Below, piece by piece: positions 18,163 to 26,986 of a stretch of DNA of 64,000 nucleotides. Where the stretch lies: positions 2,262-66,261 of the forward strand of contig CAYUOU010000008.1 of the NCBI GenBank assembly GCA_964446485.1. The letters are read 5' to 3'. The number at the start of each line of letters is the position of its first letter. Within the stretch, counting starts at the first letter, position 1. The position numbers were made by a program, and so were the translations under genes. This stretch comes from an uncultured Desulfobacterales bacterium. GTDB taxonomy: Bacteria > Desulfobacterota > Desulfobacteria > Desulfobacterales > JBDRRP01. The notes beneath the pieces were generated by a model. It had not been told where the DNA came from. It saw only the letters and a program-made list of their open reading frames with translations, and made no database searches.

Positions 18163-20622
18163 TCATGAAAGTGCGAAATCGGTTGTTTTCTTCAAGCCCG
18201 AGAGCGGGATGATCGGTTTTGCGTCCGCACTGACGGTCACGTTTTCGGGCCAGGTAAATGTCGAATCCATGCTTCGATAGTAATCCAGGTCGTAGGGCTG
18301 CAGTGTCACCGACAGGTCTTCGCCAGCACCGTTGATCACAGCGTTTAGACCGAAATCAACCTCACCAAGGGCCGTGTCGATGATGTAGCGGGGCACTTCC
18401 CGGCCGCTGCCTTCCCGGCGCACCCGGGTGGCGATGTCCACCACGTCGTAAAGGGCGACCGGATTGTCGGCATTCCAGGATTCCTGCACCGGCAGGCCGG
18501 CCACATAGAGATGATGATATTCGATACCGGCCTGACGGCACCGGTAGGCCAGTTCGTGGATGTCGTCGGGGGAGTCGTTGACCCGGCCCAGCAGCGGGGT
18601 ATTGGCGTACACGGTGATCCCCCGATTGGTGAGTCGGCGCACCACCGCGGTGTGCGTCGGCCGGAGCTCGTCGGCCTGCAGGAACTGGGTTTCGATCTCA
18701 AGGCGCAGCGGATTGACGATACTCAGCCGGTTCAGGGTGCCCATCCGGTCGATGACCGCCGGCGTAAAGGCTTCGGGGTGGTAGGCGAACTTGAGGCTGC
18801 GCAGCCTGACGGCATTGACGTGGTGTATCTGCCCAAGCGCGGTGACAACACGCGCGATATGAAACAAGGTGTCGACGGCGTCTTTTTCGGAGGCGATGAT
18901 GATATCGGTGATGCGCGCATCGGCGCGGATGTAATCCAGCGCCTCGCCGGCGGCTTCGGTGGTGACGGCCACCCGGGTCTCATGGAGCCGCGAAACGCCG
19001 GGGATGCCGGTACGGACAATGGACCGGGCGATCCGCTGATCCGTCATGAGTTCGGCCACGAAGTCTTGTGCGCGCGCCTTCACGCGTTCCGGCTCGCCCC
19101 CTGGCCGCAGCGGCCGGGCGCCGAGAAAAAGCGTCTCATCGCCGATCTTGGCCATGTACTTGATGTCGAGGGTCCCCTCCGCGTTGACCCGGATGTTGGT
19201 AAGCTCGTTGGCGATGGGGGCAAAAGATTTGAAATACGCTGGCGTGTACGGGCTGCGGATCCAGATGAAGTGATCGTTATCGGCCACCGGCGCCACCGCC
19301 CAGCCGCTGGTGTGCCAGTCCATTTTGCCGATGGGCGTGGCCGTGCAGATTCTCGGGATCACGCGGTCGGAGAGGTGGGCGCGCAGGTAGCTGCCCACGG
19401 CCAGCCCCTTGGAAATGGGCGACCAGTAAATGCTGTTGCCGTGGATGGGGCTGCAGGGGATGTAGATGTAGTGGAGCTCGGCGCCGGCCCCACGCAGCAG
19501 GCTGAACAGCGCTACCAGCTCGGGTCCGGTATCGTTGCAGTCGTTCAAAAAGGGTGTCTGAACATAGACGGCGACGCCGCTGTTGACCAGTTCGGTGATG
19601 ATGGACAGGCTCTGGGGCGATATCTCGTCCGGGTGGATAAAGTGGGTGGCCACCTCCATCCGTTTTCCCCGCTCCTGGAGCTCCAGGTGTTTTCGCTTCA
19701 GCCACGTGAGATAGGCGCCTTCGTTGGCGAGAAACATGTGGGGGTAGTAGGCGATGGCGCGGGTCGCCAGCCGTAGCGTCTGCACGTGGTCGACTTCCAT
19801 CAGGCCGTCGATGGCGGCGGCCATGTTGGTGCGACTCATGAAGGGGTCGCCCCCGGTGACGACGACTTCTTTGATGGACGGTGAACGCCTGACATGATCC
19901 ACCGCCTTTTTTACATCTTCGACGGTGGGGTTGGCCTCGTTTCGGGAATCCTTGTGCTTGCGGAAGCAAAACCGGCAGTACACCGGGCAGCTCATGTTGA
20001 GCAGGAAGATGACCCGGTTTTCGTACATCTGCTCCAGAAGCCCCTGGTGAAACTGTCCGATCCAGGTATTGGTGTGACCCACCTTACCCAGCTCCTCGAT
20101 GAAGGGCAGATACTGGTAGGCCACGTCGCGGGACACCCGCATTTGGCGGATGGTGTGCATGCTGAGTCGCACCGGGTAGGTGTCAATGACGCGCTGCATG
20201 TCGGTGCGCTCGGCTTCCGGCACGTGGATACTGGTCAGTTGCTCGAGCTGGTCGACGGTTTTCACCGAGATGAACCGATTCCCCGGCAGCACGATTTCCA
20301 GAACGGCCACAAGGAGCCGGTGCGGCATGGCAATGCCGTTGACGGTGATGTGCATCGCGCCGTCGGCCTTTGAGAGCGCTGCGAGCAGGGTCTGGAAGAA
20401 GCCTTCGGGCGCATCGGCAAACCCTGTCGCTTCAAGCAGGCGTGCCAGTTTGGCATCCCCGTCGCCGGTCTTGATCACGGCCGCGAATGCACTGCCAGTC
20501 AGAGACGTCTCACCGAACTGATCGAGAAATGCCGTGAGCCCGGTCACCAGGTCCGAAAGGGCCACGCGGCGAGGTTCGTCGTGGTCAAAGGAAACATCCA
20601 AATACGTATCTTCGTGTGACAT
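18163..20622 (-). CDS. KamA-family (lysine 2,3-aminomutase-like) radical SAM protein, 819 aa, with extra N-terminal domain and duplicated degenerate second core
   Basis: CPVYCRFC (19966-19989) is the KamA-type CxxxCxxC, and VVVTGGDP is the SAM motif. Residues ~545-757 repeat the ~205-436 core without the cysteines. Start is the ATG at 20622 (MSHEDTY). Confidence 0.88.
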   Translation of the reverse strand: MSHEDTYLDVSFDHDEPRRVALSDLVTGLTAFLDQFGETSLTGSAFAAVIKTGDGDAKLARLLEATGFADAPEGFFQTLLAALSKADGAMHITVNGIAMPHRLLVAVLEIVLPGNRFISVKTVDQLEQLTSIHVPEAERTDMQRVIDTYPVRLSMHTIRQMRVSRDVAYQYLPFIEELGKVGHTNTWIGQFHQGLLEQMYENRVIFLLNMSCPVYCRFCFRKHKDSRNEANPTVEDVKKAVDHVRRSPSIKEVVVTGGDPFMSRTNMAAAIDGLMEVDHVQTLRLATRAIAYYPHMFLANEGAYLTWLKRKHLELQERGKRMEVATHFIHPDEISPQSLSIITELVNSGVAVYVQTPFLNDCNDTGPELVALFSLLRGAGAELHYIYIPCSPIHGNSIYWSPISKGLAVGSYLRAHLSDRVIPRICTATPIGKMDWHTSGWAVAPVADNDHFIWIRSPYTPAYFKSFAPIANELTNIRVNAEGTLDIKYMAKIGDETLFLGARPLRPGGEPERVKARAQDFVAELMTDQRIARSIVRTGIPGVSRLHETRVAVTTEAAGEALDYIRADARITDIIIASEKDAVDTLFHIARVVTALGQIHHVNAVRLRSLKFAYHPEAFTPAVIDRMGTLNRLSIVNPLRLEIETQFLQADELRPTHTAVVRRLTNRGITVYANTPLLGRVNDSPDDIHELAYRCRQAGIEYHHLYVAGLPVQESWNADNPVALYDVVDIATRVRREGSGREVPRYIIDTALGEVDFGLNAVINGAGEDLSVTLQPYDLDYYRSMDSTFTWPENVTVSADAKPIIPLSGLKKTTDFALS

Positions 20623-20657
20623 TGCCGCCCCCTTTGAGATGCAGGAGAAATTAGGAA

Positions 20658-20723
20658 TTGACAAAAATTTTGCGGCCTGGCTATAACTATTATAGTAATG
20701 TCTTTCCCATAATAGTATGTCAA
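20658..20723. promoter_or_regulatory. divergent control region with inverted repeat (candidate IclR operator)
   Basis: Plus strand: TTGACA (20658-63), 18 nt, TATAAC (20682-87). Minus strand: perfect TATAAT (20694-20689) and TTGACA (20723-20718), but 23 nt apart. The inverted repeat ACTATTAT (20686-93) / ATAATAGT (20709-16) spans both. Confidence 0.5.
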
Positions 20724-20736
20724 TTATCCGCATGGA

Positions 20737-21531
20737 ATGACGATGTCAAAGGGAAAGTTCTATTTTTCAAAATCTTTGGAAAAAGGGCTGAAAATCCTTT
20801 CCCAGTTCAACAGGGAGACCCCCACCCTGACGCAGAGCGAAATCGCCAAGACATTGTCCCTGAACATGACCTCCACGTACCGCTACATCAACACGCTGGT
20901 GGAGCTAGGGTATCTGGAAAAGGATGCGAAGACCAAGGCGATCCGCCCGACGGTCCACTGCCTGATGTTTTGCACCAACCTCATCCGCGCCACCGACCAC
21001 CTGCGTCTGATGAAAGGGGTCGTCGACCGTATTCACGCCGAGCACAACATCAGCATCGAGGTGGCCTTTGTGGTGGATGACACGCTGGTGCGGTTTTACA
21101 ACAAGGAGGCGGCCGAAACACTCACCTACAGTCTGCCAGATTTCTCGAAAAACAGCCTTCACAACACGGCCCTCGGAAAGGCCTATCTGTCGAGTCTGCC
21201 CGCCGGGGTGATGGCGGAAAAAATCGACGGCCTGATCCTGAGTGGTAAGACGCAGCACACCATTTTGGACAAGAAGTCCCTGATGACGGAACTCACGGCG
21301 ACCCGGGCGCGCCGATACGCCATGTGCGTGGAGGAGTTTTTACCTGGCCTGATCGCCATCGGCGCCCCCCTGATTGATCCCCACAGCGGGCAGGGGGTCG
21401 GCGCGGTGTCGTTTGATTTTTCGGTGATCCAGAAAACCGCAGAGGACATCGAGGAAAAGTATGCCGGATTGATTGTCTCGGCGGCGGCCGCGCTCTCCGA
21501 GTTGCTGCCACCCGAGCGGCACCACGGATAA
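20737..21531 (+). CDS. IclR-family transcriptional regulator
   Basis: 264 aa. SLEKGLKILSQFNRETPTLTQSEIAKTLSLNMTSTYRYINTLVELGYLEKD is an IclR wHTH. The C-terminal portion is an effector domain. Confidence 0.9.
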   Translation: MTMSKGKFYFSKSLEKGLKILSQFNRETPTLTQSEIAKTLSLNMTSTYRYINTLVELGYLEKDAKTKAIRPTVHCLMFCTNLIRATDHLRLMKGVVDRIHAEHNISIEVAFVVDDTLVRFYNKEAAETLTYSLPDFSKNSLHNTALGKAYLSSLPAGVMAEKIDGLILSGKTQHTILDKKSLMTELTATRARRYAMCVEEFLPGLIAIGAPLIDPHSGQGVGAVSFDFSVIQKTAEDIEEKYAGLIVSAAAALSELLPPERHHG

Positions 21532-21618
21532 TCGCCGGTATCACAGTGAATGATTGATCGCAGCCCCATTGACAGGCTGAAACCAATCAACCCTAACCCA
21601 TCACCAAGGAGCGTTCAG

Positions 21619-22386
21619 ATGAGAAAGACAGTCGCAAGCCTACTAATCGTTTTGTTGTGCGGTTTTGCCGCGAGTACGGTCATGGCCGGAGACTTGGCCA
21701 ATGTCATCAAGACCGGGAAAATTTCCATGGCCATGAGCGGCCAGTACCCGCCGTTCAATTTTGTCAACGATAAGAACCAGTTGACCGGGTTTGACGTGGA
21801 AATCGGTCAGGCCGTGGCCAAACGCATCGGTATCAAGGCCATGCCGCTGTCCACCGCCTGGGATGGCATCATTGCCGGTCTGTTGGCGAATAAATATGAA
21901 TTGATCTGCGGCAGCATGGCCATCACGCCGGAGCGCCTCAAGTCCATCGATTTTTCCGATCCCTATTACCGCTCAGGCGCGCAGTTGTTCGTGAAGAAAG
22001 GCGCTGCCATCAGATCGGTGAAGGATCTCGCCGGGAAAAAGGTCGGCTGCACGCTAGGCACCACTTACGAGAAATGGGTGCGGGAGAATATCCCCAATGC
22101 CGACGTGAAGACATACAAAGGCGTTCCAGACATGATTCTCGAAGTGGGTTACGGCCGCATCGAGGGATTCATCACAGACAAGATTGTCGGCGCCCTGGCG
22201 ATCAAAGAAAAGGGCGCTCCCATCGCCCTGGCCGGTGATCTGCTCTACGAGGAGCGGATGGGCATCGCCCTGCGGCAGAACAACCCGGATCTGAAGGCCG
22301 CCATCAACGGCGCGCTGGCTGTCATGAAAAACGACGGTACCTACCACGAGATCTCCATGAAGTGGCTGGGTATCGACGTCCGATAG
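21619..22386 (+). CDS. amino-acid ABC transporter substrate-binding protein (polar amino acid, family 3)
   Basis: Signal peptide MRKTVASLLIVLLCGFAASTVMA, then YPPFNF and FDVEIGQAVAKRIG motifs. Start is the ATG at 21619, with AAGGA RBS. Confidence 0.9.
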   Translation: MRKTVASLLIVLLCGFAASTVMAGDLANVIKTGKISMAMSGQYPPFNFVNDKNQLTGFDVEIGQAVAKRIGIKAMPLSTAWDGIIAGLLANKYELICGSMAITPERLKSIDFSDPYYRSGAQLFVKKGAAIRSVKDLAGKKVGCTLGTTYEKWVRENIPNADVKTYKGVPDMILEVGYGRIEGFITDKIVGALAIKEKGAPIALAGDLLYEERMGIALRQNNPDLKAAINGALAVMKNDGTYHEISMKWLGIDVR

Positions 22387-22392
22387 GTTGGG

Positions 22393-22432
22393 CGCCCCAC
22401 CTGCCCTGCGCGAGGCCGCGCGGGGTGGGGCG
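22393..22432 (+). other. intercistronic hairpin after the binding-protein gene
   Basis: CGCCCCACC (22393-22401) pairs perfectly with GGTGGGGCG (22424-22432). This is typical of a differential-expression element between SBP and permease genes. Confidence 0.5.
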
Positions 22433-22500
22433 GGCGCGGCAATATGCCGCGTCCGCTCCCGCCATCACAGTCCTGACGTGAACGCCAAAGGATGCCGACT

Positions 22501-23157
22501 ATGTTAGACTGGGAAATCATCATTCATTACTTTCCCTTTCTGTTGAAAGGGGCGCTGCTGACGCTGGAGATTTCCATACTGTCGCTGATCCTCGGACTGG
22601 TGGCCGGGCTGAGCGCCGCGCTGCTGAAGCTGGGGAACAATTTTCTGCTGCGCAACCTTGCGGCGTTCTACATCTGGCTCATTCGGTCCACTCCGCTGCT
22701 GGTTCAGTTGTTCATCATTTACTTCGGGCTGCCCCAACTAGGAATCGACCTGGGCCCCTTCATGTCCGGGGTTTTGGGGCTGGGGCTCAACGTGGGGGCC
22801 TACAACGCGGAGACCATCCGGGGCGGCATCCAGTCCATCGACAGGGGCCAGCAGGAGGCGGCGCGCTCTTTGGGCATGAGCGGGGCGCTGACCATGCGGC
22901 GGATTATTCTTCCCCAGGCGCTGCGTATCATCGTCCCACCCCTGGGAAACAACTTCATCATCCTCATCAAGGATACTTCGCTGGTCTCCACCATCACACT
23001 CGTGGAATTGACGCTGACGGCCCAGCGTTTCATCGGGTCCACCTACAAGCCCTTTGAAATGTATGTCATGGCCGCCTTCCTGTATGCTGTTCTCACCACG
23101 ACGGCCAGCGTTCTTTTGGGCAAACTGGAAGCACGAACCAACAAGGGGCGTCGATAG
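22501..23157 (+). CDS. amino-acid ABC transporter permease (HisM/GlnP type)
   Basis: 5 TM with the EAA-like loop QSIDRGQQEAARSLGMS. The ATG at 22501 has better RBS spacing than the one at 22492. Confidence 0.9.
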   Translation: MLDWEIIIHYFPFLLKGALLTLEISILSLILGLVAGLSAALLKLGNNFLLRNLAAFYIWLIRSTPLLVQLFIIYFGLPQLGIDLGPFMSGVLGLGLNVGAYNAETIRGGIQSIDRGQQEAARSLGMSGALTMRRIILPQALRIIVPPLGNNFIILIKDTSLVSTITLVELTLTAQRFIGSTYKPFEMYVMAAFLYAVLTTTASVLLGKLEARTNKGRR

Positions 23158-23159
23158 CC

Positions 23160-23945
23160 ATGCAACCGGATAAAAATCGAAGTGAGACTGCGGTCCCCAT
23201 GGTCCGGATCGAAGCGCTTCACAAGCATTTCGGAACGTTGGAAGTATTGCGCGGGGTGGACATCACGGTGCCCCGCCAGCAGGTGCTGGTGATCATCGGT
23301 CCCAGCGGGTCGGGCAAAAGCACACTGCTCCGGTGCGTCAATCACCTGGAGCCCCCCACCGAGGGAAAGGTCTACCTTGACGGCGAGCTGGTCAACGACA
23401 CCACGCTGGGGCACAAGGCCTTCGAAAAACACCTCAACCGCATCCGCTGCAAGCTCGGCATGGTGTTTCAGCAGTTCAACCTGTTTCCCCATATGAGCGT
23501 CGTGGAGAACGTGATGGAGGCGCCGGTGCATGTGCTGGGGCAGGCCAAGGACCCGGCGCGGCAGACGGCTGAAGAACTCCTGGAAAAGGTCGGTCTTCTG
23601 GAAAAAGCCGACACCTATCCGGGGATGCTTTCCGGCGGCCAGCAGCAGCGGGTGGCCATCGCCCGGGCGCTGGCCATGTCGCCCAAGGCCATGCTGTTTG
23701 ACGAAGTCACCTCGGCGCTGGATCCCGAACTGGTGGGCGATGTGCTCCGGGTCATGGCGGACCTGGCCAAGGAGGGCATGACCATGTTGGTCGTGACTCA
23801 TGAAATGGGTTTTGCCGAGCAGGTGGGCGACCGGGTTATTTTCATGGCCGACGGCCTCGTGGTGGAAGACGCCGCGCCCCAGCAGATGTTTTCGGCGCCC
23901 CAAAAAGCCCGGACCCGTCAATTCCTTTCGGAAATATTAAAGTGA
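23160..23945 (+). CDS. amino-acid ABC transporter ATP-binding protein
   Basis: Walker A GPSGSGKST, signature LSGGQQQRVAIARAL, Walker B MLFDE. Alternative start at 23199. Confidence 0.95.
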   Translation: MQPDKNRSETAVPMVRIEALHKHFGTLEVLRGVDITVPRQQVLVIIGPSGSGKSTLLRCVNHLEPPTEGKVYLDGELVNDTTLGHKAFEKHLNRIRCKLGMVFQQFNLFPHMSVVENVMEAPVHVLGQAKDPARQTAEELLEKVGLLEKADTYPGMLSGGQQQRVAIARALAMSPKAMLFDEVTSALDPELVGDVLRVMADLAKEGMTMLVVTHEMGFAEQVGDRVIFMADGLVVEDAAPQQMFSAPQKARTRQFLSEILK

Positions 23946-24188
23946 ACGCCCCCGATGCCGGACGTCATCGAATATATTCACGGTTCCAAGGTTCAACATG
24001 GCTTCCTCAACCGCCGCATTTACATAATGCACCTGGACCCTCGGCGCGGCACCGGATGCGGTCGCGGGAAAGCGTCTGATCGAGACGGCCTCCGCCGCAC
24101 CCGCGGGTTGCGTGACGCGGTTGCGTTCGCTATCTCGTCAATTCCCAGGATGACCACAGAATTTCCAGTCCGGGCGGGTTGGAGAGGA

Positions 24189-24371
24189 TCAGGGGACCTG
24201 CTTGTCGGGATGGCCTTTTCGGCGGCGGATCACCCTGGGACCGCTGCCGCCGGCACCGGTGCTCCTTCCGGGATGGGTGGGTTTGGGCGGCGTGCCCTTT
24301 TCCCGGCTCAGCTCGCGCTCCAGAAGGTTCTGCAGCATTTCATCCAGCTTTTTCTTTTTGGCTTCGTCCAT
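24189..24371 (-). CDS. doubtful small ORF (60 aa, coiled-coil N-terminus then G/P/R-rich tail)
   Basis: MDEAKKKKLDEMLQNLLERELSREKG... There is no convincing SD, and it sits in a 0.9 kb stretch without other credible genes. Confidence 0.25.
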   Translation of the reverse strand: MDEAKKKKLDEMLQNLLERELSREKGTPPKPTHPGRSTGAGGSGPRVIRRRKGHPDKQVP

Positions 24372-24863
24372 GGTGAGTATTCTAAATACCGGCGCACCGC
24401 CGGATGCGGTGCCGTTAACGCGCGTTTACTACACTCGTCAGGTTGGTTTGAAACGGGAGTCCGTTACTCTTTTCGGTCGTTTGGAGGCAATCTTTAACGA
24501 ACCGTTTCGGTTATCCCTATGATTGCGGAGGTGGAAGACCCGGTTGTGATCCCGTCAACCTCAACGGAGGCAGGCGGCCGGCGATCGACGCTACCCTGCA
24601 GTGTTGCAGTGCCGGCGCGCTGATGTATGTTTATCTGCATCTAAATTGAATCGTCAAGGCCGATGTGGCTTTAATCGTGCGAATGGGCCATTATCACAGG
24701 CTTTACCTGAAAAAAAGCGATTTTCCCCGTTATTATGACTTAAGTTTGCCTTTGAGGGCTGCGGCCCGCGCCCATGCGGACCTTGAGGCACAACGCACGC
24801 GTAGGTCTACGGTTCTGCTGCCGTAATCGAAGACACGGTGGCCGGACGTTCAATGGGCCGCGA

Positions 24864-25577
24864 CTATAGGGCGGGCATTCGGGGCATCGCCCGCCGAATG
24901 CGCTGGTAGTGTTCCGCGGCCGTTCCGGAAAGCAGCACCGGCGACCATTTCCGGGGATTTGGAAGAATAGCCGCCAGCCGGGCAGCCTCGTCCGCCGTTA
25001 ACCGCAGGGCCGGCTTTTTAAAATACATCCAAGCCGCCGCCTCCGCCCCCATGATGCCCTCACCCCAATCCACCGTGTTGAGATACATCTCGAGGATGCG
25101 CCGCTTGGGCCACATCGCCTCCACCAGCAGGGTGTAATATGACTCCGCGATTTTTCTCAGCAGGGTGCGGCTTTGGGGTAGGAACACCGTCCTTGCCGTC
25201 TGCATGCTGATGGTGCTGGCACCGCGGACCCTCCCGTTGCTGGCCATCTCCTCCACGGCGTTCTTCATCTCGATGACGTCGAAGCCCCAATGCTCATGGA
25301 AGCGTTGGTCTTCGCCGGCCAGGACAGCCTGCTGCAAGCGCTTGCTGATCGAGTCCAATGGCCGCCACGAATAGGCGGGCGGACTGGCGTAGGGCACGCC
25401 GACGGCCTGAAGGCCGCGCTCCCATGCAGTGCTGGCGGTGAACGGCGGGTCCACATACCTCAGCAGGCCCACCTGCCCGATGGTCAGCAGCAGGATTCCA
25501 AAACAAATGATGCCGGCGGCAATAGCGATGCGCTGGTACCATTTAAAAGTCTTTTTTTTAGGTTTTCGTTTGGCCAT
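24864..25577 (-). CDS. mtgA: monofunctional biosynthetic peptidoglycan transglycosylase
   Basis: N-terminal TM anchor, then the GT51 motifs AVLAGEDQRFHEHWGFD and RKIAESYYTLLVE. Start is the ATG at 25577; the upstream TTG at 25613 is possible. Confidence 0.92.
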   Translation of the reverse strand: MAKRKPKKKTFKWYQRIAIAAGIICFGILLLTIGQVGLLRYVDPPFTASTAWERGLQAVGVPYASPPAYSWRPLDSISKRLQQAVLAGEDQRFHEHWGFDVIEMKNAVEEMASNGRVRGASTISMQTARTVFLPQSRTLLRKIAESYYTLLVEAMWPKRRILEMYLNTVDWGEGIMGAEAAAWMYFKKPALRLTADEAARLAAILPNPRKWSPVLLSGTAAEHYQRIRRAMPRMPAL

Positions 25578-25865
25578 GGATGGTCGGTGGTTCTCCGGGC
25601 GGGCTGTCGTCAATACGGTTATCCGCGTGTCCGCGATGGGGCAATCCGCAGGATGGCATTGACCGGTTGGTTATTGTTGTCGGCGACGGTCATTAGTGAA
25701 GTATACCAAAACCGGCCCGGTTTATGAAGGCCGTGTCCACCCCCGCCCTGGACCCCCATCACGGCATGCGCTAAGGCACTGGCTACGCGGCCTTCGATAG
25801 ATGGTTGTGAACCCTGCCGGCGCCGAATACCCCCCCCATCGTTGCATAAGCAATCTGGTATAAAA

Positions 25866-25894
25866 TTGACAAAACACTGATATTCTTGGAAAAT
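25866..25894 (+). promoter_or_regulatory. candidate sigma70 promoter upstream of the ada-like gene
   Basis: TTGACA (25866-71), 17 nt spacer, GAAAAT (25889-94). This implies a ~200 nt leader. Confidence 0.35.
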
Positions 25895-26101
25895 CATAAG
25901 AAGGAACCTATTTTTTCAGACATGACCGGCTGTGAATCCATATGATTGGAAATTTAGCCGCCATTTTGTTTACCCTCCGGCTTTTGCAGCCTTGGGGTAC
26001 CGTCAAGCGGGCGGTCCGGGTCACCATCGCAAGAATCGGGTTGCCGAACGGGTTGACCGCTCTTACTGTTACGCCGCATCGTTCATGAAAGGAAACGCTC
26101 C

Positions 26102-26986
26102 ATGGTCACCCTTGAACAATTGTGTGACGATTACCAGCGTGTAGAAAAAGCCATTGCCTATCTTGAAGCCAATGTTGACCGGCAGCCATCCCTCGGGGAG
26201 ATCGCCCATAGCGTCCATCTCAGCGCGTTTCACTTTCAGCGGCTTTTCAGCCGCTGGACCGGGATCAGCCCCAAGCGGTTCCTGCAGTTTCTTACCGTCG
26301 AATATGCCAAAAAGCTGCTGAATGACGCCCCCACCGTGATGGATGCGGCTTTTGATGCGGGACTTTCCGGGGCCGGGCGGCTTCACGATCTCATGGTTGT
26401 TTGCGAGGCGCTCACCCCTGGCGATGTCCGCCGACGGGGTGAAGGGATCACCATTGCCTATGGATTTCACCCCAGCCCTTTCGGTCAGTGCCTCATTGCC
26501 GCTACCGGGCGGGGGGTCTGCGCGCTGCGGTTTCTTTGGAATGTCGCACCGGAAGCGATGGTGTCGGACTTCCGCAGTCGTTGGCCGTTGGCCCGTGTCA
26601 TCGAAGACCCTCGCCGTATCGGCGCCTTGGCCAAACAGATCTTTGGGTTCTCCTTTCATGAGGCATCGGCACCGCTGCATCTTTATGTCAGGGGTACCAA
26701 TTTTCAGATTCAGGTCTGGCAGGCCCTTCTCAGAATACCGCTGGGGGCGGCCGTCACTTATGAAGATATTGCCCGACATATCGGCATGCCCCGGGCGGCC
26801 CGGGCCGTCGGTAATGCTGTGGGCAGCAACCCGATTCCGTTTCTCATCCCCTGCCATCGGGTCATTCGGAAAACCGGCGTTTTTGGCAATTACGGCGAGG
26901 GCCCCTTGAGAAAAAAGGCCATGCTTGGATGGGAGGCGGCCCTGCGGGCCGGAAACCCCTCATTTCAGGCATGTGCCGTTCGTTGA
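26102..26986 (+). CDS. AraC-type HTH fused to methylated-DNA-protein-cysteine methyltransferase (Ada/Ogt-like)
   Basis: N-terminal AraC HTH (SLGEIAHSVHLSAFHFQRLFSRWTGISPKRF). C-terminal MGMT active site IPCHRV. Confidence 0.9.
   Translation: MVTLEQLCDDYQRVEKAIAYLEANVDRQPSLGEIAHSVHLSAFHFQRLFSRWTGISPKRFLQFLTVEYAKKLLNDAPTVMDAAFDAGLSGAGRLHDLMVVCEALTPGDVRRRGEGITIAYGFHPSPFGQCLIAATGRGVCALRFLWNVAPEAMVSDFRSRWPLARVIEDPRRIGALAKQIFGFSFHEASAPLHLYVRGTNFQIQVWQALLRIPLGAAVTYEDIARHIGMPRAARAVGNAVGSNPIPFLIPCHRVIRKTGVFGNYGEGPLRKKAMLGWEAALRAGNPSFQACAVR

Noticed and set aside
23955-24522. Plus-strand ORFs of 180 and 106 aa in the gene-poor stretch.
   Set aside because: The translations are Arg/Gly/Pro-rich with no recognisable domain and no RBS. 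They mutually overlap with the minus-strand small ORF.
25619-25897. 92 aa minus-strand ORF upstream of mtgA, and the 70 aa plus-strand ORF at 25932-26144.
   Set aside because: There is no RBS. Composition is Gly-run rich and not protein-like, and no motif was recognised. The region is more plausibly promoter/leader DNA for mtgA and the ada-like gene.
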